DNA of 49,734 bases from the NCBI GenBank assembly GCA_964588955.1, contig CAZPQJ010000003.1, positions 91,409 through 141,142 of the forward strand, in the 5' to 3' direction. A program made the translations under genes and the position numbers. Below the pieces are notes generated by a model. The model saw nothing but the letters and a program-made list of their open reading frames with translations, had not been told where the DNA came from and did no database searches. Position 1 is the stretch's first letter. The number at the start of each line of letters is the position of its first letter. Of this stretch, positions 25,486-34,862 are shown in pieces. Origin of the DNA: an uncultured Gammaproteobacteria bacterium (GTDB lineage: Bacteria > Patescibacteriota > Patescibacteriia > UBA9934 > CAMTUG01).

Positions 25486-26289
25486 TTATCCTCCTGCCGA
25501 GGTGTAGTGCCGAATTCCCCGCCGCCAAAGACTCAAGCCGATGAATAGCCAAAGAGCCGTGATGCCGATGGCCACAAACAGCATGGAAGGTGTGACAAGT
25601 CCCATTAAAGCTTTTGCTGGAAAAGAAGTGACGGCAAGGACCGGAATGACGAAGGTGAAAAATCCGCGTGCGGCTGCCGGAAAAATCTCCGGCGGAAAAC
25701 GTGCCACATACAACGAATCACGATAAATCGCCCAAGCACCTTCGGTTTCCTGCGTCCAAAAACTCAACGCGGCAACACACAGGTTGATAGCGAAGGCGAG
25801 AACAAGAGAGATGATCAGCAAGCACATGGCGAGCAAGGCCATCGACAGGGATGGCTGAACGGGTAAACGCGACCAAGCAAACGCTAGGTAGATGATGGCA
25901 ATCGGTAGTGTCAACAAATCGATAAAATCCGTCTGCATCGCCGCCGCTTTGAAAAGCGGGTGCACAGGCTGCATAATAAACTGATCAAACTTTCCGCGAC
26001 GAATCCAATCCTTTAAACTATACAGGCCTCGGTACCAAAAGAGCTGTGAAACAACATCGATCATGTTCATCATTGCAAAGAAGGTCAGGACTTGGCCTTC
26101 AGAGTATCCTGCAATTCCCTTTATGTGGGTAAAGAGCGAAATCGCCAGCAAGACAAAAAAGCCCATGCGCAGCAACTTACCTAAAAAGAAGAAGAGGAAA
26201 TCTGAGCGTGAGGAAACAGCAAAGGAAAAGCGATTAATCGCTGATCGCTTATAAATGCGCCAATAACGTTTAACTTCCGTAAGCTGCAT
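25486..26289 (-). CDS. ABC-2 family permease (DUF990/ABC2_membrane_6-like)
   Basis: The internal Met gives MQLTEVKRYWRIYKRSAINRFSF. Polytopic; overlaps the upstream permease by 20 nt. Confidence 0.75.
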   Translation of the reverse strand: MQLTEVKRYWRIYKRSAINRFSFAVSSRSDFLFFFLGKLLRMGFFVLLAISLFTHIKGIAGYSEGQVLTFFAMMNMIDVVSQLFWYRGLYSLKDWIRRGKFDQFIMQPVHPLFKAAAMQTDFIDLLTLPIAIIYLAFAWSRLPVQPSLSMALLAMCLLIISLVLAFAINLCVAALSFWTQETEGAWAIYRDSLYVARFPPEIFPAAARGFFTFVIPVLAVTSFPAKALMGLVTPSMLFVAIGITALWLFIGLSLWRRGIRHYTSAGG

Positions 26290-27064
26290 AGGATTTGATT
26301 CCCTTTTTCCACAAAAGCGTGAGCGTGGCCGTGCTGACCAAAATCCAGGCCCACTGTATAACAAGTGTTTGGACAAAAAACATATCTGGACGGTGTCCCA
26401 AATACGTTTCCACGGGGGCAGCAATGAGTGATGGGAATGGCGTGGCGTAAAAAAGCGTTTGCGCCCAACCCGGCATCACCGCGATAGGCAACGCTGCACC
26501 AGAAAGAAATCGAATACAAATCATAAACAACCATCGACCGCCAAAGTTGCGCTCAGCCCAAAAGGAAAAGGACGCCGCAATAAAATCAAAGAGCGTAATC
26601 AAGATAAGCGAGCCAAGAAAAAGCACGGCGGTTTGTAACAAGATAACAGGATCGCGTTGGATGATGACGTCAGAAGAAAAAATACGAGCCAAAAAGATGA
26701 TCTCGACCAGAGCAATAACACAAAGGATCGTTCGAACAGCCAGCGCTCGAGAAATCCAATAACAGAAGTAGTTAATCGGACGCAAGAGATAATTGACTAA
26801 ATCTCCTTCTACGATTTCATCAGCGATCTGTTCAGAGATGTTAGAGAGAAATGTTGCGCCCAAAAACGAGGTTCCAAGGATGTACGTTACTAGTTCTGCC
26901 GTTGTGTAGCTGCCGATCGACCCACCAAGCGAACGATAAAGCAAAATGAGCGTTCCAAACCATATGAGCACATTGACCGCACCCAAAAAAAGATTGGAAC
27001 GAAAAACAAGCGCTCGGGACAGCGCTAAGCGGTAGGCCATGGAATACTTGCCAAAACGACTCAT
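26270..27064 (-). CDS. ABC-2 family permease (second subunit, same family)
   Basis: 264 aa starting MSRFGKYSMAYRLALSRALVFRSNLFLG. Polytopic. Confidence 0.75.
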   Translation of the reverse strand: MSRFGKYSMAYRLALSRALVFRSNLFLGAVNVLIWFGTLILLYRSLGGSIGSYTTAELVTYILGTSFLGATFLSNISEQIADEIVEGDLVNYLLRPINYFCYWISRALAVRTILCVIALVEIIFLARIFSSDVIIQRDPVILLQTAVLFLGSLILITLFDFIAASFSFWAERNFGGRWLFMICIRFLSGAALPIAVMPGWAQTLFYATPFPSLIAAPVETYLGHRPDMFFVQTLVIQWAWILVSTATLTLLWKKGIKSYAAYGS

Positions 27065-27119
27065 GTGTGAGAGTATACCTCATTCATTCCCTAACTATAA
27101 AGGGCTTAACACGAACTCT

Positions 27120-28313
27120 ATGTATCCAACGATTCAGCTCAAGGCCGGGAAAGAAGCCAATATCGCCTTTCGTCACCCCTGGGTGTACTCCGGAGCGATC
27201 GAAACCAAGGCCGAGGGAATTGCCCATGGCGACTTGGTGCACGTGAGTGACCGCAAAGGTGATGTAATTGGCACGGGAACGTACTCGAACGCATCTTCTA
27301 TTGCTGTTCGTGTTTTTGATTTTGGCGAAGTCGCAATCGACAAAGCCTGGTTTACAAAGAAAGTTCGTGCCGCGGCGGAGCGTCGAATACTGCTCGGCTA
27401 CGGTCCTGGCACAGAAACGACGGGCTACCGCGTGGTGTTCGGCGAGGCGGATGAGATTCCTGGACTGATCGTTGATCGCTATGAAGACGTGTTGGTGATG
27501 CAGATTGCCACGGCGGGACTGGACGCGCTCAAAGAGATGATCGTCGAGGTCCTTGTTGACGTATTCGCGCCGAAAGCGATTGTTGAGCGGTCGGACCTTC
27601 ATGTACGCAATGAAGAAAAGCTTCCGGAAGTGCAAGGGATTGTCTATGGAAAAGATCCGGGGCTAGTGGAGTTCAAAGAACTGGGAAAACCGTTTGTCGC
27701 CGACGTAGTGAACGGCCAAAAAACAGGATTCTTTTGCGATCAAAAAGATTTGCGCGAGCATATTCAATCGCTGGCTGCGGGAAAAGAAAATGTGTTGAAC
27801 TTGTTTTCCTACTCTGGCGCTTCCGGTATTGCTGCCATGCTGGGAGGTGCTAAACACGTGCACAACATTGACGGCTCTGATGACGCGCTGGAATTACTCG
27901 CCGAAAATGCCAAGCTGAACAACGTGGAAATGACCAGCGAAAAAGCCGACATTTTCCAATGGCTGAACGATCACAAAGAAGCTGCTTACGACATGGTGAT
28001 GGTTGATCCCCCGTCGATTATTAAAACGGCCAAAGACACGGAAAATGGCAAAAAGGCCTATCACTTTTTGAACCGCGCCACCATGCGCCTAGTGAAAGAC
28101 GGCGGCATCTTCGTAACTTCGAGCTGTTCGCACTTTTTGAGCGAAGAAGACATGGCCTTTACCTTACGCCGCGCTTCCGTTCAAGCCGGCATTACTCTCG
28201 ACATTCTCGGCGTGGTACGCCAATCCGCCGACCATCCCCTCTCGGTCTACTTCCCTGAAAGTACTTACTTGAAGTCGTTTATTTGCCAAATACGTCGCGA
28301 CGTGAAAAAATAA
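27120..28313 (+). CDS. RlmI-like class I SAM-dependent rRNA (cytosine-C5) methyltransferase with PUA-like N-terminus
   Basis: The internal Met gives MYPTIQLKAGKEANIAFRHPWVYSGAI, with GQKTGFFCDQ, NLFSYSG and VDPP. The start at 27120 avoids overlap with the divergent permease. Confidence 0.82.
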   Translation: MYPTIQLKAGKEANIAFRHPWVYSGAIETKAEGIAHGDLVHVSDRKGDVIGTGTYSNASSIAVRVFDFGEVAIDKAWFTKKVRAAAERRILLGYGPGTETTGYRVVFGEADEIPGLIVDRYEDVLVMQIATAGLDALKEMIVEVLVDVFAPKAIVERSDLHVRNEEKLPEVQGIVYGKDPGLVEFKELGKPFVADVVNGQKTGFFCDQKDLREHIQSLAAGKENVLNLFSYSGASGIAAMLGGAKHVHNIDGSDDALELLAENAKLNNVEMTSEKADIFQWLNDHKEAAYDMVMVDPPSIIKTAKDTENGKKAYHFLNRATMRLVKDGGIFVTSSCSHFLSEEDMAFTLRRASVQAGITLDILGVVRQSADHPLSVYFPESTYLKSFICQIRRDVKK

Positions 28314-28336
28314 GCTCCTCATCCTTAACAAAACTT

Positions 28337-29119
28337 ATGCAGAACAAACAAAAAGCAGTGTGGTCAGTTCTTGGACTTGCTCCTATCATTTTGATTGCCA
28401 TTTTAGCTATCAATGCAATACAAACAGAACCAAAAAATGACCAGAATAGTGCAACAACTGTTGCTACAAAAGTTCCAGAAACCTGTCCACTCCCTGCCCC
28501 GTCTGTTGAGGTGAAGGCAAGTGACGAACCAGGTACACAAATTGTGCTTTTAGACGGTAAAGGGATCGGGCAAATTACCGTAGCAGATGGACAAACAGAA
28601 TCTGAAGCGCATATTCTTGTGAAGCGCCCTTGCACTGCCTGGATTGCCGCTTCCACCACCGGCCGTGGCGGATACATTTTCTACAGTGGAGATGATCAAC
28701 TGCATAAAGTGGACTTTGCTACCAAAACCTTGTCACGCGTCAATTTTGACGGCTTCATGACAGACCTTTCAACGAACGAAACACACGTCGCGTCTGTCTC
28801 CACCGTCGATGGCGTTGCCGGATCTCAGCCCTCCATTGAAGTAACAGACACAGCAACAGGAGAACACACTCAATACGTGGTGCAAGCGCCCTACAACGAC
28901 GCGGGTTCAGCCAAATTCTCTCCCGATGGCTCGCATATTGCCTATGGCGCGATCGAACGTGACGAGAACGGCGACCCAATCAAACGTGCCGTCTTTCTGA
29001 TTGATCTTTCAACGGGCCAGCAAACATTAACCGCGCGTGAAGACATGGCTCCAGGATTTGCTCCGTACGTGAGCGGATGGAGCGATAACACCACCCCCAC
29101 TATTTCCACAACTCCGTAA
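28337..29119 (+). CDS. Membrane-anchored hypothetical protein with a TolB/PD40-like beta-propeller motif
   Basis: The internal Met gives MQNKQKAVWSVLGLAPIILIAILAINAI (TM helix). KFSPDGSHIAYGA is PD40-like. Confidence 0.6.
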   Translation: MQNKQKAVWSVLGLAPIILIAILAINAIQTEPKNDQNSATTVATKVPETCPLPAPSVEVKASDEPGTQIVLLDGKGIGQITVADGQTESEAHILVKRPCTAWIAASTTGRGGYIFYSGDDQLHKVDFATKTLSRVNFDGFMTDLSTNETHVASVSTVDGVAGSQPSIEVTDTATGEHTQYVVQAPYNDAGSAKFSPDGSHIAYGAIERDENGDPIKRAVFLIDLSTGQQTLTAREDMAPGFAPYVSGWSDNTTPTISTTP

Positions 29120-29123
29120 GAAA

Positions 29124-29160
29124 ACAAAAAAAAACGACCCCGTACGGGGTCGTTTTTGTT
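29124..29160. terminator. Bidirectional terminator between 28337..29119 and dnaX
   Basis: Perfect 20-nt palindrome ACGACCCCGTACGGGGTCGT (29134-29153), flanked by A9 and T5GTTTT. Confidence 0.8.
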
Positions 29161-29167
29161 TTGTACG

Positions 29168-30736
29168 TTACAGTACCTTGCCACCAAAGGCTCCAATCAA
29201 TTCTGAAACTAACTCTTCCTGTGGAACCTGTATGTGCTCGGCATTCACAGCCATTGGTTGACCGAAAACACGACACAGGACATCGGCAATCAACCCGCGA
29301 TTTTTTGGTTGGTTCAGCTTTTCCGCAATAAAACCGACTTTCGTACCAATACGCAACGTGCTACCGTCAATTCCCAAAAACTCAATGTCTTGCAACATCA
29401 CCGGCAGCGTACCACTTATTTCCGAAAGATGGCTGCAGCACTCACTCCATTTGTGTTTAATATCATCGATCGTGCAGGTTAAACAGGAAGCGGCGTGAGG
29501 AGGCTCTTCCGCTAATACAGGCGGAGGCGGAACTGGGGCTTCCCTTTTTTCCGTATGCTCGGAGGCCGCTGAGACGGGTGCGGGTGCTGCTGGCACAGGA
29601 GTCGGTACGGAAAGAACAGGTGCACGAGTCGCGCGAGGCACAGTCGTTGACGTAGTCGCCATTGTTTCTACAGCGACGAGCTCGAGAGGCAATTCGGGAA
29701 TGCGTTCACTTTGAAACGCTTGGCGATACTCCAACAAACGTTTTATCAATTCACTCACCCCGGAAACTGTTAACGAAGATCCGATTTGCTGTAGTTGTTT
29801 GATCGTTGCCGCGTCATAAACAGACGATGTTTGTTGACTGCCCATGCCATTCAGCAACATCCACTGCAAGGCCTCTAACACTTCTTCTTGCAAGGGTTCA
29901 ATTCGCGTGCCTGTCTCCAATGCCGTTCGTACGGCAACAACGGCACCGATAGAATCGTGATTACTTAATGCGGTGAGATACGCCAGAACGGCTCCAATAT
30001 TGGTTGCGGGAATCATGAGAGACGCTTCAGCCATGGTAATCGTTTTTCCATCCCCAAGCGCCAGTACTTGTCCGAGCAAGCTTTCCGCGTCGCGCAAACA
30101 TCCTTCTGACAGTCGCGCGATCGACGCAAATACATCCGCCTCCACGTTTACGTGTTCCTGTTTCGCAAGCGAGGTGAGACGATCGACAATTATGTCCGCG
30201 CTCAAACGGTGAAAATCAAACCGCTGGCAGCGACTCAAAATGGTTTCCGGCACCTTGTGCAACTCGGTCGTTGCCAAAATAAACAACACATGCGCCGGTG
30301 GTTCTTCAAGTGTCTTCAGAAGAGCGTTAAACGCAGGAGTAGACAATCCATGGACTTCGTCGATGATAAATACCTTTCGCTTCAGCGTGGTTGGTGCAAA
30401 ACGTGCCGCTTCAATCACGTTCTCGCGCACGTTGTCGACACCCGTATGGCTAGCCGCATCAATTTCAAACACATCCATGGTTTTCCCTTCGCTGACGGCC
30501 AAGCAGCCCGTACAGACTCCACACGGATCTCCGTCGTTCAATTGGCTGCAGTTGACCGCTTTGGCCAGTAACCGAGCAATCGTCGTTTTTCCCACCCCTC
30601 GCGGACCAGCAAAAAGATAGGCATGAGCGACCGTGTCTTGCTTCAATTGATTCATCAAAATCGTCTTCACGTGGTCCTGGCCGGCCACGTCGGCAAAGGA
30701 GGTTGGACGGTATTTTCGATAAAGAGTTTCACTCAT
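29168..30736 (-). CDS. dnaX: DNA polymerase III subunit gamma/tau
   Basis: Contains YRKYRP, GPRGVGKTT, the zinc module CSQLNDGDPCGVCTGC, IIDEVH and SRCQRF. Confidence 0.93.
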   Translation of the reverse strand: MSETLYRKYRPTSFADVAGQDHVKTILMNQLKQDTVAHAYLFAGPRGVGKTTIARLLAKAVNCSQLNDGDPCGVCTGCLAVSEGKTMDVFEIDAASHTGVDNVRENVIEAARFAPTTLKRKVFIIDEVHGLSTPAFNALLKTLEEPPAHVLFILATTELHKVPETILSRCQRFDFHRLSADIIVDRLTSLAKQEHVNVEADVFASIARLSEGCLRDAESLLGQVLALGDGKTITMAEASLMIPATNIGAVLAYLTALSNHDSIGAVVAVRTALETGTRIEPLQEEVLEALQWMLLNGMGSQQTSSVYDAATIKQLQQIGSSLTVSGVSELIKRLLEYRQAFQSERIPELPLELVAVETMATTSTTVPRATRAPVLSVPTPVPAAPAPVSAASEHTEKREAPVPPPPVLAEEPPHAASCLTCTIDDIKHKWSECCSHLSEISGTLPVMLQDIEFLGIDGSTLRIGTKVGFIAEKLNQPKNRGLIADVLCRVFGQPMAVNAEHIQVPQEELVSELIGAFGGKVL

Positions 30737-30821
30737 AGTGCGGGCAGTTTACCACATAGATTTCAAATGGGTAAATGCGCAACGCGTGAGCCTTTTAGAA
30801 GATTCGGGCAGGTCAGTTTCC

Positions 30822-30847
30822 TATAGGCAAGAGTAGAGACTCCCACC
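30822..30847 (+). repeat. Degenerate copy of the GC-hairpin repeat (TATAGGCAAGAGTAGAGACTCCCACC)
   Basis: Shares GAGTAGAGACTCCC (14/14) with 36701-36714 and TATAGGC with 36488-36494. Confidence 0.5.
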
Positions 30848-30937
30848 GTTGTTGTAGGGAGACCGAGGAGTATCTGATTTGATCCTCATGTTGAACTTTT
30901 TGACTACATTTTGTGTACACCTCCTAACCAAATTTGA

Positions 30938-30957
30938 TGAACACAATTTGTGTTCAA
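30938..30957. repeat. 20-nt segment TGAACACAATTTGTGTTCAA containing a perfect palindrome (GAACACAA-T-TTGTGTTC), copy A
   Basis: Identical 20-mer at 36558-36577. About 200 nt upstream of the dnaX start. Confidence 0.8.
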
Positions 30958-31069
30958 AAAATTGATTTTGGCACTCCAGTTGAGAGGGGTCACACCCGCA
31001 TGGCGGGGCACAGTGGCTCCGTCTATTTATGAAACAACTCACCCCGACCATCTAAAAGGTCCGAGGCGT

Positions 31070-31666
31070 TTAGTGTTTAACGATATTCTCCACCGCCCCC
31101 CAGGTCGATGGGGAGGATTTGGGAACAAGAATCACCACTTCGTCGCCCGTAGCGCCGTGAAAGTAAGTAACGGCAGCGCGGATGAGTTTCCAGGCCGTGC
31201 CGTCTTCACCGCGGCAAAGATATTCTGTTGTCTCGGCATCTTCTTCCAGTTTTCCAACTACCCGTCGACGCTCCATGGGACCAATTTGTTTAAAGACAAA
31301 ACTGCCGTCTTGTTTAATCAACAACTTCATCATATCCCCCTCCACCAGCCGAGACTTACTGGCGTAGTTGGGAGGAACGTTATAGACATTGCCATCATCA
31401 CCGACCATATTGCAGCCGTCAAATACCCCCTCAACCGTTCTGAGTCCTGTAAGTTCGGCTACATCTGTGTCGAGTTTATGCTTTTCAACAGAAAGTTCGC
31501 GCACCAATTCTTCCGTCGCCTCCCCCGCATTGCTTTCCAACATGCCAATCACATGCCCCAAGCTATCTTGCATTTGACGCAAAATTTTTAGCGACAAATT
31601 TAAACGCGGGTCGCGCCCAACATCATTGACGTCTGGCTCTTGCAAAAAGGTATTTTTGTTTTTCAT
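31070..31666 (-). CDS. Hypothetical protein (198 aa) downstream of the T4CP-like ATPase
   Basis: The internal Met MKNKNTFLQEPDV sits 4 nt after the ATPase stop. I recognise no motif. Confidence 0.6.
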   Translation of the reverse strand: MKNKNTFLQEPDVNDVGRDPRLNLSLKILRQMQDSLGHVIGMLESNAGEATEELVRELSVEKHKLDTDVAELTGLRTVEGVFDGCNMVGDDGNVYNVPPNYASKSRLVEGDMMKLLIKQDGSFVFKQIGPMERRRVVGKLEEDAETTEYLCRGEDGTAWKLIRAAVTYFHGATGDEVVILVPKSSPSTWGAVENIVKH

Positions 31667-31670
31667 AGGT

Positions 31671-34217
31671 TTACAACGATGATCCCACCGCCGGGGTGAC
31701 CTGCGCCTTGATTTGTGACCGTTCCAAAATCTCCGCTTCGACAATCGCCCGATCGCGGCCGTACTTTAATCGACACAATTGTTTAATCGCTCCCGCCAAC
31801 TTGGCGTCCGATGGCGGCGGCGGGAATGTTTTCATGGTAAACGGTTTGACTTGGGTGTTATCAACAATGATTTTGGAATACCAGGTAAACTTGTCCGAGT
31901 TAATCAAATCATAACCGGAAAATGTTGGGGTGAAAATCTTCTCCAGCGTTTCTGAATCTTCCGGACCAATACGCGAAACAAAGATCGACCCAACGTTACC
32001 CAAAATAGCATCGCGAATCTCTGTTTTATTATCTTTGACCAACTGTCCCATGTACTGATGACCGACGATCAAGTTCAAACGATACTTACGCGCCTCGGAC
32101 AAAATGGTGGAGATGGAATCCGTAATAAAGTTTTGGAACTCATCAATGTAGAGATAAAAATCTTGACGTTGATCTTCGGGCATGTCCGCGCGCGCCAAGG
32201 CGGCCATCTGCAATTTGGAAACGATAATCATTCCCAGCAACGAAGAGTTAACTTCTCCGGTTTTTCCTTTGGCCAAGTTAACCAGCAAAATCTTGCGTTT
32301 GTCCATGATTTCGCGCAGATCAAAACCCGATTTGCGTTGACCAATAATGTTGCGCATCATGGTGTCTTCCACAAACCGACCAACTTTGGAAATCAAATAG
32401 CCCAGCATTTCCGACTTATGGAAATCCGATGTTTTGGCCACTTCATTTTCCCAATACGAGCGCACCACCGGGTTGGTGACTTTGGCCACCCAGGCTTTTT
32501 GAAAATCATTGTCGGAAAACATGCGCGGAATTTCGGCAATCGTACCCACATCGCTCGGATCAGACATGAGCGTCAGCATGACGTTGCGCATGTGGTGTTC
32601 AAACATGGGACCGATCATTTCCGGCGGGAAGAGTTTGTAGAAAATGGCAATCATCTCTTGAGCCGCCATATCCATTTGCGCCGGATCCTTCACTTCTAGC
32701 ATGTTGAGCCCCACCGGACGCTCCAAGTCGGACGGATCAAACATCACCACGTCGTCAATGCGATTTTTGGGAATGTGACCGAGCAACCATTCAATCATGT
32801 CGCCATGCGGATCTAGAACCGCCACACCCTCCCCTTTCAAAATGTCCTGCAACGCCATCTCTTGAATGAAGACCGTTTTACCGGAACCGGATTTACCAAT
32901 AATGTACATGTGGCGCTGGCGATCGGGACGCTTAATAGCAACATCAGTTTTGCGCCCGCGAAACACGTTGTAGCCAAGCAGCAAATCCGCCTTTTGCGGC
33001 ACTTCCACCGGCACCGGTGCGGTGCGGGCGGAAAGCCACAAAATGTTTGGTGTCTCCGTTGTTTTTAGCGGCAAATGCCAAAGAGAAGCCATCTCTTCCG
33101 TGTTCACTACCAGTTTGCGCATTTCATCGAAGCCACGATAAATAAACTTCTTCACCAAATACTTTTTGCGCATGGGAATCGCTTTCACAAACGCGTTACC
33201 GTGTTCGTAAATGCTAAATTGAGCAAACGCCCCCATCACGTCTTCCAACAAATGTTGAGCGCCGCTTTTTTCCGCCGAAGAAACCACGATGCGCACGTTG
33301 ATCTCCAATCCGCCCTTACCCAGTTTCTCATCGATCGCTTTGGTCAAATCTTGTTCCGCCTGCGTGATCATCGTTGAACCGCTGGCGCGTTCATGCTTTT
33401 CCGCATCTTCTTTCTTTTCTAGACCAACTAAATTCTTCCATCCTGGCCCCTTTTTCTTTCCATGAATAGCCTCTTCCAAGGTCATTCCTTCAAGCATGCG
33501 ACGGCTGACATGTTTCCCCCTCTTACGCCAATCTGTATGCGCCGGACGCACAATGTACTGAATGGCCACGCCGTCAGACTCCGGCACTTTAGAGAGCACG
33601 TTGGTAAGGGCGTTCAACGGATCTGATTCCAACTTGCGATACGTTTTCAACGGAAAAAACGATTGGCGCTTAAATTCCAAATAGCCACCAAGAATCGTTC
33701 CGGTGGGAGAAAAAATATTATAATCCTCAACTTCCTCCACAAACGCATCGGAATGCTGAGCGGTGATTTGCTGTTCAACGAAATCACGATATCGGCGCGG
33801 CACGGTAACAAAAAACTTAATCACTTTTTCATGAGCCACAATTTCAAAGGCCAATTGATCGGTTCTTCCAAGCATCCAAGCCAAAATCCCTTTTTGATAA
33901 TGCAAGCCGGCAATGGAAGCGAAAAAGTTTTCATCAATCCCGATCTCCTCTTGAATTTTCTGCGTGGTGAGCTGCTCTTTGGTTTCTTCTTCACGGCGAA
34001 ACTTTGGCAACGTTACCAGCAAGGTGACGTTCTCTAACGCTTTGCCGTGGCGATGTAAAAAGCGATGTGCCCAAAAACGCACTCCAAACACAATGGCTGC
34101 CAAGGCGAGTGGCCAGAGGACAAAAACAAGGATGGTAATAACCGACGTGGTGTCGATTCCCCCTGTCGTTGCCGGGAGTGTGGTTGCGTTCACCGTTCCA
34201 AAGGCCGCGGCGATCAT
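31671..34217 (-). CDS. VirD4/TraG/TraD-like type IV coupling protein-type ATPase (848 aa) with an N-terminal membrane anchor
   Basis: TM helix VITILVFVLWPLALAAIVFGV, Walker A IIGKSGSGKT, and Walker B/TraM-recognition-like FYLYIDEFQNF...KYRLNLIVGHQY. Confidence 0.8.
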   Translation of the reverse strand: MIAAAFGTVNATTLPATTGGIDTTSVITILVFVLWPLALAAIVFGVRFWAHRFLHRHGKALENVTLLVTLPKFRREEETKEQLTTQKIQEEIGIDENFFASIAGLHYQKGILAWMLGRTDQLAFEIVAHEKVIKFFVTVPRRYRDFVEQQITAQHSDAFVEEVEDYNIFSPTGTILGGYLEFKRQSFFPLKTYRKLESDPLNALTNVLSKVPESDGVAIQYIVRPAHTDWRKRGKHVSRRMLEGMTLEEAIHGKKKGPGWKNLVGLEKKEDAEKHERASGSTMITQAEQDLTKAIDEKLGKGGLEINVRIVVSSAEKSGAQHLLEDVMGAFAQFSIYEHGNAFVKAIPMRKKYLVKKFIYRGFDEMRKLVVNTEEMASLWHLPLKTTETPNILWLSARTAPVPVEVPQKADLLLGYNVFRGRKTDVAIKRPDRQRHMYIIGKSGSGKTVFIQEMALQDILKGEGVAVLDPHGDMIEWLLGHIPKNRIDDVVMFDPSDLERPVGLNMLEVKDPAQMDMAAQEMIAIFYKLFPPEMIGPMFEHHMRNVMLTLMSDPSDVGTIAEIPRMFSDNDFQKAWVAKVTNPVVRSYWENEVAKTSDFHKSEMLGYLISKVGRFVEDTMMRNIIGQRKSGFDLREIMDKRKILLVNLAKGKTGEVNSSLLGMIIVSKLQMAALARADMPEDQRQDFYLYIDEFQNFITDSISTILSEARKYRLNLIVGHQYMGQLVKDNKTEIRDAILGNVGSIFVSRIGPEDSETLEKIFTPTFSGYDLINSDKFTWYSKIIVDNTQVKPFTMKTFPPPPSDAKLAGAIKQLCRLKYGRDRAIVEAEILERSQIKAQVTPAVGSSL

Positions 34218-34717
34218 ACACGTTTGTGTTTTTGTTCTTCGGCAAGCGCGTTAAGCTTGTCCGCTTTTATTTTTGATTCTTGTTCCAGGAAAAACTGATT
34301 GACACCGGGGATCATTTTGAGCCAGCGGATAATCAAACTCAGGGCTTTGCGACCATGAAACTTGCCTTTGTCGATCATCTGACGGATCAAGCTGGCGGTT
34401 TTCTCCCCCTCCTGTTTGAAGGCTTCTTTCTTTTCCGGCGGTAAGTTCTTGTACATGTCGCCCAAATCTTCCGACAACACCTCTTCGATCTCTCGCGTTA
34501 GCTCATCTTTCGGCATCATCACAGGCGCGACAACCGGGACGGGTGTAATTGGTGCCGGAGTTGGAACCACTTCGCTCACCCGTTCTGGAGCCGGACGCGG
34601 AGCCTCATGCATGGTCGGCTTGGACTCCACTGTCTCCGCCTTGGCCGGAACCCCCGTCTGTCCTTCCGGCGTGGCCTCCATTGGCACCTCTAGCATTTTT
34701 TTCTCAAGCTCAGCCAT
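34214..34717 (-). CDS. Hypothetical protein (167 aa): Pro/Val-rich N-terminal half, conserved-looking C-terminal half
   Basis: The internal Met gives MAELEKKMLEVPMEA. Its stop overlaps the ATPase start by 4 nt. Confidence 0.6.
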   Translation of the reverse strand: MAELEKKMLEVPMEATPEGQTGVPAKAETVESKPTMHEAPRPAPERVSEVVPTPAPITPVPVVAPVMMPKDELTREIEEVLSEDLGDMYKNLPPEKKEAFKQEGEKTASLIRQMIDKGKFHGRKALSLIIRWLKMIPGVNQFFLEQESKIKADKLNALAEEQKHKRV

Positions 34718-34862
34718 ATGTGTAGAAATTATAGCACAGATTGAAAAACTTCCTAAGATAGTTGCATCATCAACATCATTTAAAGGCAAGACCCCACAAC
34801 AGGAGTTCACCGGATGGTGACGTCGTGGGGTTCACAAAAAGTCGTGTGGTGGTAGACCGCGC

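Noticed and set aside
30737-30860. SRP (4.5S/scRNA) gene upstream of dnaX, as in Bacillus; the strings CAGTTTACCA and GGCAGGTCAG resemble parts of 4.5S RNA.
   Set aside because: The diagnostic helix-8 core (GGUCC-GGAA-GGAAGCAGCC with its GNRA tetraloop) is absent on both strands. The resemblance is limited to two short words.
30999-31016. 16-18-nt match GGCGGGGCACAGTGGC(T/C)CCG between the dnaX-upstream spacer and 46108-46126.
   Set aside because: The second copy lies inside mnmA coding sequence (ISGATVPRLMAG). An exact 16-mer match is expected about once by chance in a window this size when both strands are considered.
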